54,832 bases of DNA from a virus. Lineage: Duplodnaviria > Caudoviricetes. Positions 17,848 through 27,059 of this stretch are shown here, piece by piece. The notes beneath the pieces were generated by a model. The model ran no database searches. It was not told the DNA's origin and saw only the letters and a list, made by a program, of their open reading frames with translations. Both the position numbers and the translations under genes were made by a program. The stretch spans positions 1 through 54,832 of the IMG/VR virus record IMGVR_UViG_3300037124_000029; one strand, given 5' to 3'. Each line of letters begins with the position of its first letter. The first letter of the stretch is position 1.

Positions 17848-18669
17848 TTAAAATGTTTGTTGATAATTGTTATTGTCATTCCTGGATAAATTTATTGTAA
17901 CATTTGCAATTTCTGTGTTATCAATAAGTTCATAGCTTAAATCACTAAGATTATACCTTTCATCATTATTTATATAAAGATGATCGCAACTTAATTGATG
18001 AGCTAAGTTAGAAAGATACTTCACATGAAAATTTGTCAAAGTCAATGTTGCGTTAAGTTTAGGCGTAGATTTTGTATTAAAAGAATTATTCGGTTCATCG
18101 ACAAATTCGTCAATGTCAAAAGTTGGCGCATCCTCGATTAAGTATCCTGTGTAATATACGCTTGGAGCCCAAATTTGTGTTGTTTCATTAGCAAAATAGA
18201 CCCCTCCGTTTCTGTTAAATGTGTCGTAATATGTTAATTTAACCAAATCTTTTGTTTTTGACCAGTCTTTTACATAAAATGTATCCGATTCAACATATCC
18301 AATACCTTCAACAAAAAACCTATAATAAAAGACCCCTGTATTTTCAAAATTTGTTTTTGCAACAAAAATGCTATCATTCACCCATCCAGAAGGTGTTACA
18401 TCTTCAAATTCAAACGTTTTTACCGCCTTGTTTGTGACAGCATCCCTTAAATATACATTTAAATCTCTCGGGTCTTGATTAGCGATTATCTGTATTTCAT
18501 TTTGAGCATTTATATCAAAATCCGGGTAATAATTAGCCGGATATATCCCTTTTTGATAATATTCATTTAGCCTCATCTTATCAGGTACAGGAAGCCTGTT
18601 TACATAATCTATATCTTTAGTTACGTGTTGATACTTAAGCTGGCTAGATCTTGGAAATACTGTACTCAT
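17848..18669 (-). CDS. Tail tip/baseplate protein
   Basis: Position between the post-TMP gene and the fibre; beta-rich composition. Confidence 0.5.
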   Translation of the reverse strand: MSTVFPRSSQLKYQHVTKDIDYVNRLPVPDKMRLNEYYQKGIYPANYYPDFDINAQNEIQIIANQDPRDLNVYLRDAVTNKAVKTFEFEDVTPSGWVNDSIFVAKTNFENTGVFYYRFFVEGIGYVESDTFYVKDWSKTKDLVKLTYYDTFNRNGGVYFANETTQIWAPSVYYTGYLIEDAPTFDIDEFVDEPNNSFNTKSTPKLNATLTLTNFHVKYLSNLAHQLSCDHLYINNDERYNLSDLSYELIDNTEIANVTINLSRNDNNNYQQTF

Positions 18670-20915
18670 ATGCTCAATCTATTTTCGTTAGCCCTTACTA
18701 ATTTATATTTAGCCGTACCCTTTTCAACGCTCCCGTTAATTTCCCAAATATAACCATATTTTGTTATATTATTTGCATCTACAAACCTAAGTACCCTGTG
18801 TGGATCTTTTTTTATTTCTGTACGTATACTATTGTTGTAAAGCGATGTAAATTCGTAAAATTCTGGCTTTGTCATCTGCTGATCGTATTGTTCTATGTCG
18901 TCAAATTCGTTCACATCATTGCCGGTTAATTGATCTCTATACGAAATATTTTCATCCTTTTCAGAAGACGTAAATTGAGTTATTTCATTAGAATCCTTAA
19001 AAAGTGCAGCCTGATATAAAAGGCTCATATTTCTTTGTAAGTTTTGTCTCGGCGTTTTTTCAAGATTGTAATATTTGTCCAACCCAGAAAACCCACTTAG
19101 GTTTTGTAAGTCGCCCTGTAATGTCTGATAATCATCATCAACACGTGTAATGTATATTTCGCTGTCATATTTTGTATCAGTACTAGAACCTACGCTATCG
19201 CGGTTGCTTCTTCTTGCTAATTCTATACTTATCGAACTGGCATTTATAGGACTTCTAAGATCAAGCTTATTCGATGTTTCGATTGATATCTGATGCGATG
19301 TTTTAGTATTTATCTCTTTAGCTCCTTGAAAGTCCTCATTTTCAAAAGACGGATATCCACTCTCTATTTCATTAAAATAAAAATCCTTTGCCGGGGTTAT
19401 GTCTAAGTCTGAAATTTCAGTTAAAATAAAAGGGAAAAATGAAGTCTTATAAAACTTTTCTATACTGTCAATATAAAACCTATCGTTTTTTGAATCAAAC
19501 CACATCCCGATAGGTGTTATCGATGATAAGCACTGGAATAAATCCCTAAAAGGGATATTCAAAGCTTTATCAACTATCTGTCTTAGTTGATAGCCGTTTG
19601 TTAAATGGTTGTATGATAAAAACCCAGAACTCGTGTATGTCTGAAATTCAGAATCGACATTACCCAATATAGGCGCATACACAACATTACTTGTTGTCTT
19701 GCTTGTCATAAGCTGTATTTGTCGCGTAATAGCCTCATGAACCATCATGCCTTTTATTGTATTGTCAGGCCTTCCGGCTGTTCTTTCCGTAAATTTAAAA
19801 CTCCTTATATAATTTTGGTTCGTAAAGAAATTAAAAGAAGCTGCCACAACTTTATTGGCAACATAAGATCTTAATTGAGCTTTTAGCCTAAAATCTGCTC
19901 TATAACCAGGGGGCATCGGAAACCCTAAATTCCCCGACACGGGATCGAAATTTTCAAGATCAAAAGTGTCTCTTATTGTTATATTAGCGAGATTGGTAAC
20001 AGGTGAAATTCCCCCAGTATATTTAAAAAAATATGAATTACTTCCATTATACAATGGAATATTCGCCGTTAATAACGCTCCTTCATCATCGTAAATATTC
20101 ACCAATAAAGAAAGCCATATATTGTAGTTGCTACTTTCGCTATATATTGAAATATTTATGTTTGATACATAATCAACTAAAAACTCGCGCAAATATGTCG
20201 TTTCCTCTTCAAGCGTATTCTCATATAAATAAGCCGTTTCATTAGTATCAGTAACTATAAGCCGATCGTCCATGTCGTTAGAAACTGAAAAGCCTTTATA
20301 ATTTACATATTTTATGTCACCATTGCCTGTATTGCTGGTAACTGTTAATTGACGTGTATCGTCGGTAAAAGGGTTGTTAAAATACCCTGCTGTTTCAGCA
20401 TCAAGGTAAATATCTATCTGTTTATACAAAGCTTCTCTGTAAGCATTAGAGAATGCTTTTACGGCTATATTATCAGATGATATCAATTTAAACAGATCGT
20501 ACTCTATTTTATCCCTCGTCAATAATTTATTTACATCGCTTGAATCAACAGTTTTAATTTCAAAATATTCGTCCATCCTCTTCCATCCGGTATCAACATC
20601 AAAATCAAATTTGTTATATGAATGTTCTTCGTAAGCATTAGTATATGGATTCAACAATTCAGTTTTCCGGTAAAGATCTGCTTTTACGCCTTTTGCTTCG
20701 TAAGCATCAACAATAAATTGATAGCCACCGACATCATTTGATAATTTTGGGTATTTTAACGATATTTCATCCTCATATAATGTTCCATGATAATCTTCAT
20801 GCCTATATATACGTTCTTCAACGCTGTCCCATCCTCCGGGGTTTACGTCCATAACAAATGATTTGCCACTATCTTTATTTATTAATGTATGCTTCCAACG
20901 ACGTATATTTATCAT
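18666..20915 (-). CDS. Tail tip (hub/distal tail) protein
   Basis: 749 aa, directly after the tape measure gene with ATGA overlap. Confidence 0.6.
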   Translation of the reverse strand: MINIRRWKHTLINKDSGKSFVMDVNPGGWDSVEERIYRHEDYHGTLYEDEISLKYPKLSNDVGGYQFIVDAYEAKGVKADLYRKTELLNPYTNAYEEHSYNKFDFDVDTGWKRMDEYFEIKTVDSSDVNKLLTRDKIEYDLFKLISSDNIAVKAFSNAYREALYKQIDIYLDAETAGYFNNPFTDDTRQLTVTSNTGNGDIKYVNYKGFSVSNDMDDRLIVTDTNETAYLYENTLEEETTYLREFLVDYVSNINISIYSESSNYNIWLSLLVNIYDDEGALLTANIPLYNGSNSYFFKYTGGISPVTNLANITIRDTFDLENFDPVSGNLGFPMPPGYRADFRLKAQLRSYVANKVVAASFNFFTNQNYIRSFKFTERTAGRPDNTIKGMMVHEAITRQIQLMTSKTTSNVVYAPILGNVDSEFQTYTSSGFLSYNHLTNGYQLRQIVDKALNIPFRDLFQCLSSITPIGMWFDSKNDRFYIDSIEKFYKTSFFPFILTEISDLDITPAKDFYFNEIESGYPSFENEDFQGAKEINTKTSHQISIETSNKLDLRSPINASSISIELARRSNRDSVGSSTDTKYDSEIYITRVDDDYQTLQGDLQNLSGFSGLDKYYNLEKTPRQNLQRNMSLLYQAALFKDSNEITQFTSSEKDENISYRDQLTGNDVNEFDDIEQYDQQMTKPEFYEFTSLYNNSIRTEIKKDPHRVLRFVDANNITKYGYIWEINGSVEKGTAKYKLVRANENRLSI

Positions 20916-23900
20916 TCCCAGCGTATTTTTTTGTTAATCAACGTTTTGTTCACGCCTCTTTCCTTATCCCTCAAAGATAGGCCTTTTGGCGTAACTTGCC
21001 AACCGGATGCCTTATTGCTTTTCAAGATAGCCTGCCTTGTTTTTCTTTCTTCCAAGATCAACGTGTTAAATTGTTCTGGTGTTATGCCGCCTTGCAATAT
21101 AGCCTGTGTTTCCGCACTGTCATTACTGAATATTCTTGTTCCCTTTGGTAAAAACATATTTGTTTCTTTATCCGGAGTTAAAAACCCTTCCCCGGACGGC
21201 AATATTCCAAGCTCTGAACCTAGCTCCGATACAGTAGCCAACATATCCTTGTCTGTGCCTGTAGGGCCTGTACCATCCTTAAAAGCTCCGAGAGGCGTAG
21301 CGGCAATTGTAGCAGCTTGAATAGCCCCTTGCGCGAGAACATAGGGTAAAAAAGGAATTCCAAACGTTTTAGGGCTTGCCGCTATTGCTCTTATAGCCCC
21401 TTGCGCTGTTTCAATCGCCACGGTATACAATGCTTTTTGTTTTTCCGCCTTGGCCCTTTTCTTTTCAGTAGCTGCCTCTAATTCCGCAATTGCTTCTTGG
21501 TATTGAGATTCAGATATTTCCCCCTTATCCAGCCTATTTTGCAAAACTTCCGCTTTTGCGTCTTGACTTGTCTCATATTCAGACAATTCTGTATCTATAC
21601 TACTAGTAAGCAAATCAGAGGCATATTCAGCTGCCGAACTTATCGCCTGTTCGGCTAATTCTTTTTTAGCTTCTTCGGTATCCTCTTTTAATTTTATTTC
21701 TTTAAGGGCAGCTTCCGTTAATATACGTAATCTTTCATTCTCAATAAGATTTAGTGAATCTATCACCATATCATATTCTTTATCTACCTGATTGGTTATT
21801 GAGTTCTCATATTCTTGATTTTCGTCTTCAAGATTTTGCAAAAAGGCTGCTTGCTCTTTTTCCCTTATTGTATCAAGATACTTTGCCCTACGTTCTGCCA
21901 ATCTTAACAATATTTCTTCTTTTCTGCTTTCACCTTCAATTTCAGCAGCTATATTTTCGCTTATTTTTTCTTCTTGTTCTTCTAATATAGAAGATATTTC
22001 TTCGAAAGCTATACCATATAATTCACCTATCCTTTTAAATTTTTCTTTCGTGTTATTTACTTCTTCTTCGTTGTTTTCAACCGTAGCTTTATTGATGCTA
22101 TCTACTAAATCAAGGTTTAATTCTTTAACTTCAAGAGCTTGCTGTTCGCCTTGATTCATTATATCAAATCTTTCTTGCTCTAATTTAGAACGTTCAATTT
22201 CAGACTGAACTAATCCCTCTTGAGCCTCTAATTCCGCTTTTAATAAGTCGTTAATTTCTTCTTGAAATGCCTGTTGGATTATTTTTATTCTTATTTGCTT
22301 ATTGACTGCTGTTTGCGCGGCCTCTATTTCTTTAAGGGTAGATTCTTCGGTTAAAAGGTTCGGTAAATATTCTCCATAATCTGAATTGATTTTATCTATC
22401 AATTTATTTCTAGCTTCTTGGGATAAATTAGTGTCTTTTAAGGATGTAAATAATGTGTTTAATTCCTTGTTTTCAAGTTGATATAAATTTACCTTTTTTT
22501 CCTGTGGTTTAATTGATTCAGTTATATTACTAGTAAATCGTGTAAATATTTGTACGGCTTTTCGTAAAAGATTAGTGTTATCTCCTATAGTTAAAACAAG
22601 TCCTTCCCAAGCAGATTTAGCTTTACCAACGTCACCCGCAAGATTATCGGCCATTATGTCGGCCATTGTTTGCGCTGCGCCTGCGGAAGATCTAAGTGAT
22701 TTCTCAAGCCTATCTGATTTTTCTGTATTGTCTGCTAATATCAATGCCGCCGTTGCACCTCTTTTACCAAAAAGATTTAAAGCGGTAACATTTTTGTTTG
22801 TTGAATTATTTATAGCTTCCAGACCTTCATCCCAGGTCATGCCTTTAGCGCTTAACTCTAAAAACATATTTCTTAACGATGTGCCAGCCGTAGAAGCGTC
22901 GAGTCCAGCGTCGCTCAACACACCTAATTGAGCGGTTGTAAATTCAATATCCTTATTAAATGATTTGGCAACAGGCGCAGCAATTGCCATTCCTGTTTTA
23001 AACTTCTCCATATCCAAAGCCGAAGATGTAAATGATTTTGCCATTACATCTACTACTCTTTGAGTTTCTTTAGTATCCATACTGAAACCTCTAATAGTAG
23101 ATGCTGCAACCGTGGCAGATTCGGCTAAATCACTCCCGGCAGCTATCGATAAGCCTATTGTAGCCTCTGTAGCATTTATTATTTCTTGTGTCGAAAATCC
23201 TAATTTTGCAAATTCTTTTTGAAGTTTAGCAACGTCCAGAGCTGATTTTTGAGTTGAACTTCCTAGTTCTATTGCGTTATTTCGTAATTTTTGAAAATCT
23301 CCTATAGTAGCCCCTGTAATAGCTTTTACCTCTGATAAGCCTTTTTCAAAAGATGTTATGGATTTTAATGCGTTTTTGAATACTTTTATCGTTGCCTGTA
23401 TAGTCATTTGTATAACTGCCTGTGCGCTGGCAATACCAATCCCCATAGCTATACCTTGTTTAGCCAAGCTTTTAAATCCCCTAGATCCTTTTTTTACAGA
23501 TGAGTCTATCTTAGATATACTTGAAACTAAGCTATCGATTTCTTTTTTTAATTTTTTTCCTTCGGCTGTATTTTGTTTTCCCTCGGCGGCTAAATTTTTA
23601 TAACTTGAAATTAAATCAGAAACACGACTTTTTTGCTTATCATAAGCACCTGTTAACCCTTGCTCTGCTTTTACAGCTTCACGCGTAGCCTTTTTTTGCT
23701 TTTGTAATTGCTGTCTTAGCCTCTCATTATCTATTGCGGCAGAACTTTGAGCCTGCTTCAATTGTTCTTTTAACTTTATTTGCTCTTTTTCAGTAGCAGA
23801 AAGCTCTACTTTTACTTTTTTTAGCCCTAATTCCTCTTTTGCGGCGTTTTGGGTAGCCTTCTTTTGTTCTTGTATTTTTAATTTTAATTTCTCATTTTCT

Positions 23901-24496
23901 AAAGCCTCTTTACTTTCAGCATCAATAAGCTGTTTTTTTAATTTTATGCTTTCTTTTTCGGTTGAAGAGAGTTCTTTTTTAGTCTCTTTAAGATTTTTTA
24001 CCGCAGCTTGTGATTTTTTTACAGACTCAGAAAGGGATACAATTTTAGTTTCGAGATTTTTGGCTGTTTTGGTGTTTTCTTTTCCTTGTGTTACAAGATT
24101 TTTATATTTTTCCTCTGCTTTTTTTAATTCTTTTATTTGATTTTGGTGCGCTGTTGTAAGGTTAACCTGTTCTTTTGCCCATTCAGAATTAGCTTTTTTT
24201 TGCGCTTTTATTTGTTCTGTTAGTTTTTGATTTTCTTGAACTCCAGTTTTTCTTAAATTAGAAAGTTGATTTAACAATTTTACTCTTTGCTGTTCTGTTG
24301 CACTTAATTCTTTTGTTGTTTTTTCCCCTGCTTCTTGTTTTTTTGTAAGTTCTTCTTGTGATTTTGAAACTTTTTTATTTTGATCATTAAGTTCCAATAA
24401 CGATTTTGCCAATGCGTCAACATTGGTTTTCATTTCTTGCAGCAAAGGAGTTACGCTTTTTACTGCCGATTCGACGTCTTGGAACTTTTCACTCAT
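20912..24496 (-). CDS. Tail tape measure protein (TP901-type core)
   Basis: FEKGLSEVKAITGAT...AIELGSST...AGTSLR...MADNLAGD...SAWEGL; long coiled coils with repeated ELSxTE units. Confidence 0.92.
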   Translation of the reverse strand: MSEKFQDVESAVKSVTPLLQEMKTNVDALAKSLLELNDQNKKVSKSQEELTKKQEAGEKTTKELSATEQQRVKLLNQLSNLRKTGVQENQKLTEQIKAQKKANSEWAKEQVNLTTAHQNQIKELKKAEEKYKNLVTQGKENTKTAKNLETKIVSLSESVKKSQAAVKNLKETKKELSSTEKESIKLKKQLIDAESKEALENEKLKLKIQEQKKATQNAAKEELGLKKVKVELSATEKEQIKLKEQLKQAQSSAAIDNERLRQQLQKQKKATREAVKAEQGLTGAYDKQKSRVSDLISSYKNLAAEGKQNTAEGKKLKKEIDSLVSSISKIDSSVKKGSRGFKSLAKQGIAMGIGIASAQAVIQMTIQATIKVFKNALKSITSFEKGLSEVKAITGATIGDFQKLRNNAIELGSSTQKSALDVAKLQKEFAKLGFSTQEIINATEATIGLSIAAGSDLAESATVAASTIRGFSMDTKETQRVVDVMAKSFTSSALDMEKFKTGMAIAAPVAKSFNKDIEFTTAQLGVLSDAGLDASTAGTSLRNMFLELSAKGMTWDEGLEAINNSTNKNVTALNLFGKRGATAALILADNTEKSDRLEKSLRSSAGAAQTMADIMADNLAGDVGKAKSAWEGLVLTIGDNTNLLRKAVQIFTRFTSNITESIKPQEKKVNLYQLENKELNTLFTSLKDTNLSQEARNKLIDKINSDYGEYLPNLLTEESTLKEIEAAQTAVNKQIRIKIIQQAFQEEINDLLKAELEAQEGLVQSEIERSKLEQERFDIMNQGEQQALEVKELNLDLVDSINKATVENNEEEVNNTKEKFKRIGELYGIAFEEISSILEEQEEKISENIAAEIEGESRKEEILLRLAERRAKYLDTIREKEQAAFLQNLEDENQEYENSITNQVDKEYDMVIDSLNLIENERLRILTEAALKEIKLKEDTEEAKKELAEQAISSAAEYASDLLTSSIDTELSEYETSQDAKAEVLQNRLDKGEISESQYQEAIAELEAATEKKRAKAEKQKALYTVAIETAQGAIRAIAASPKTFGIPFLPYVLAQGAIQAATIAATPLGAFKDGTGPTGTDKDMLATVSELGSELGILPSGEGFLTPDKETNMFLPKGTRIFSNDSAETQAILQGGITPEQFNTLILEERKTRQAILKSNKASGWQVTPKGLSLRDKERGVNKTLINKKIRWE

Positions 24497-24497
24497 A

Positions 24498-25124
24498 TCA
24501 CATAGCTTTATTTAACTTCTTTCTTTCTTCTATAGCTTTTATCCTATTTTCGTAAGCTATGAATTTTGATACCGTTATGTTATAGTCTAATGTGCAATTG
24601 AAATATGTCTCAATTGACACACACATTTCTTCAAATGTCGTAGGCTTTTTTTTACTTTTACCTTTTTCTTTTTCCTGTGCAACTTTCCGGTCAAATATTA
24701 AATTGTTGAGTTTCCTTTGTACTTTTTCTTTGTCGTTTTGCTTTATGCCCGTTTCTTTAACTATTTCAATTGCATCCAAGGGAGAAATATCAAATAGGTA
24801 AAGAAGGCCGTAAAAAAAACGTATATTATTAATTTCGTTTAATTCCCGGCTTTTTTCCATTATTGAATCCACATAAGATGTATCTCCACGGAGTTCGCTA
24901 ACTTCTTTAAGTATCTCATCCATTGCGATATAAAGTTTAGCATCCGTGTACGAATCATCCCAAACATCATCAATCAGTAGATGCCTTACTTCTTGTTCGT
25001 TTAGTGCCGCTATCAGTTTTCGCATTGGCAGCGTCTGACATTTTTTGTGATACTGCAGCTTTATCTGTTCTTTTTTCGGTTTTTCTACCTGTTTTTGGCC
25101 CCTCGATAATAATTTCTTTATCAT
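24498..25124 (-). CDS. Tail assembly chaperone (GT-like, pre-TMP)
   Basis: Directly upstream of the TMP; C-terminal ITVSKFIAY motif. Confidence 0.55.
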   Translation of the reverse strand: MIKKLLSRGQKQVEKPKKEQIKLQYHKKCQTLPMRKLIAALNEQEVRHLLIDDVWDDSYTDAKLYIAMDEILKEVSELRGDTSYVDSIMEKSRELNEINNIRFFYGLLYLFDISPLDAIEIVKETGIKQNDKEKVQRKLNNLIFDRKVAQEKEKGKSKKKPTTFEEMCVSIETYFNCTLDYNITVSKFIAYENRIKAIEERKKLNKAM

Positions 25125-25251
25125 TCGCTGTTACTTTATATGTATATTTTTCCCCGAAAAGCTGAAAACTTTGCAATACGCCTTTTTTTGTCACGTAAAA
25201 TGTCTGGCCAACTGCTTTTACTGCTTTTTGCTTAGCTATAATTAAACTCAT
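24970..25251 (-). CDS. Small tail-region protein overlapping the chaperone
   Basis: ATGA overlap with the upstream gene; 155-bp overlap with the downstream ORF. Confidence 0.5.
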   Translation of the reverse strand: MSLIIAKQKAVKAVGQTFYVTKKGVLQSFQLFGEKYTYKVTANDKEIIIEGPKTGRKTEKRTDKAAVSQKMSDAANAKTDSGTKRTRSKASTD

Positions 25252-25649
25252 TTTGTTATTTTTTTATTAATTAAATCCACTACATCGGCATCGATAATTT
25301 CTACTAGTTGCCTTTCAGTTGTGCCGTATATATCTACAGTATATTTATCCGTAAGCTTATCGCTTTTCCAGTCCGTAGAATCAAAGACAATCCCATCTCC
25401 TTGTACATCTGCAAAAACACCTGAATGGTGATCTCCTGTAACTTCTAAATCCGGAACTTTAAAGCCCTTAAATTCGGCATAAGTTGGCGAATAATCAGGT
25501 TTTATCGGATTACCATTTGAAAGTTTATGGTTTTCCAGATTTTCAACATTGGCGTCGGCAAGCTCCCCTTCACGAGAAGCTGCCGCCTCCAATATTAAAC
25601 TTTCGGCATCCAAGGCCATTACGTTTTTATAGAAACTATCAAATGTCAT
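25248..25649 (-). CDS. Putative tail completion/neck protein
   Basis: YSPTYAEFK...PDLEVTGD motif; position in the tail module. Confidence 0.5.
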   Translation of the reverse strand: MTFDSFYKNVMALDAESLILEAAASREGELADANVENLENHKLSNGNPIKPDYSPTYAEFKGFKVPDLEVTGDHHSGVFADVQGDGIVFDSTDWKSDKLTDKYTVDIYGTTERQLVEIIDADVVDLINKKITK

Positions 25650-26536
25650 TAAGCTGCTGATAATGTAACAGTATCGGAATAATACAAGCTGTCAGCATTT
25701 CCTATTGCTGTTATACTTCCGCTCGTCATTGTTGCCCCTGTATCAGTTATAGTATAAGTGCCTTCGGTTGAAGTAGCAACTACTGTGACTGTTACGGTAT
25801 CACCATTCTGATCAAGAACTACAATATCGCTTGTGCTAACATTAGGCATAGGTACACTTTTGCCAGTTGTAGGATCTACATAAGCAAAAGCACATGTAAA
25901 TGCATTTGAAGCGACAGTGCTAGGTGTTAACGTGATTTTAGTCATTGGCTGGATAATACTTAAGGGGTTCCAGTCCAATTCGGGCCCAATTGCATACCTT
26001 GGCGTTTTGTTAAATTCAAAATGATCGTCAAACATCACCCTTACTACTGAATATTCAACGGTATCAGTAGTGAAAGGCATCTGCCTTTTTTTCACTGTCA
26101 TAGATCCAGAATACCCCGTAACCGCATTTCCATCAGGTGTGGTTCCGGCAATAGTCCCGAAATTGTCAACCATGTAAAATTTAAACTTTTTGTTGTTGTA
26201 AGACAACAAAATACGGTTTTGATCCGGTGTCATAGCCATCATAAATTGAACTCCATATTTTCCGTCTTCTTGCAAGAAAATATTCCCGGCGCTTGATGTT
26301 ACTTCAGTAGCTTCGGTTGAAGCGTCTTCGCTTTCTTCATAAGGGATTAGTGGAAAAATATTTTGGTTAAATATTTCCTCTTTCCATTTGTCCTCATCTT
26401 GAAAATCAGCCAAAGTAGCAAAACTTTGCGATATTTTCGCCGGATGAATAGCTCTAATTGTCTTAAGCAAAGGGGGTTGAAGACACCCGCCATTCCCAAT
26501 GCCATCTACTTGATTCGGGCATGTCCCTAATTCCAT
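25649..26536 (-). CDS. Major tail (tube) protein with C-terminal Ig-like domain
   Basis: 295 aa, N-terminal C...GNGGC, position upstream of chaperone/TMP, Thr-rich beta C-terminus. Confidence 0.7.
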   Translation of the reverse strand: MELGTCPNQVDGIGNGGCLQPPLLKTIRAIHPAKISQSFATLADFQDEDKWKEEIFNQNIFPLIPYEESEDASTEATEVTSSAGNIFLQEDGKYGVQFMMAMTPDQNRILLSYNNKKFKFYMVDNFGTIAGTTPDGNAVTGYSGSMTVKKRQMPFTTDTVEYSVVRVMFDDHFEFNKTPRYAIGPELDWNPLSIIQPMTKITLTPSTVASNAFTCAFAYVDPTTGKSVPMPNVSTSDIVVLDQNGDTVTVTVVATSTEGTYTITDTGATMTSGSITAIGNADSLYYSDTVTLSAA

Positions 26537-26551
26537 AATTATAATTATTTA

Positions 26552-27058
26552 TTAAACATTAAAAAACTCCTTCATATATATGATAGTTGTTGAAACTTCA
26601 CCGCCATTGACGGTAAAAAATAAAGTATCGTTTGTTAATTCGTAATTCCCGGTTATAACTATCCTTTCGCTACCTGTTATTTCTCTTGATGAAACAATGT
26701 CGTCTAGTCCAGATTCTGTACCTACGCTAACAGTTGGATTTGTTGTAGTACTTGTTTTTAACAAACCAATCATAAACAGATAACTGTTCTCTGATTGTGT
26801 GATCTGAAAACTACTAACATCTCCTGTCCTTCTTACAAAAGAAAATTGATTTGAAATATCAGAAATTTGCGTTTGAATAGTTTCAATATTATCTTCATTA
26901 GCCGTAATTCTGTCGCGATCTTCTTTTAGCCACTCTGCTTTAGTTGTTACCGCATCTTCGTAGCCAGACACGCCAACTTCACCTGAATATACAAGCGCGC
27001 CATCTGAAATTTCATTAACCCTGTTAGGTATCTGCTCTATATTTAATCCGACTGCCAT
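26552..27058 (-). CDS. Virion accessory/decoration protein
   Basis: N-terminal IEQIP motif, short coiled coil, beta-rich C-domain. Confidence 0.45.
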   Translation of the reverse strand: MAVGLNIEQIPNRVNEISDGALVYSGEVGVSGYEDAVTTKAEWLKEDRDRITANEDNIETIQTQISDISNQFSFVRRTGDVSSFQITQSENSYLFMIGLLKTSTTTNPTVSVGTESGLDDIVSSREITGSERIVITGNYELTNDTLFFTVNGGEVSTTIIYMKEFFNV

Positions 27059-27059
27059 A

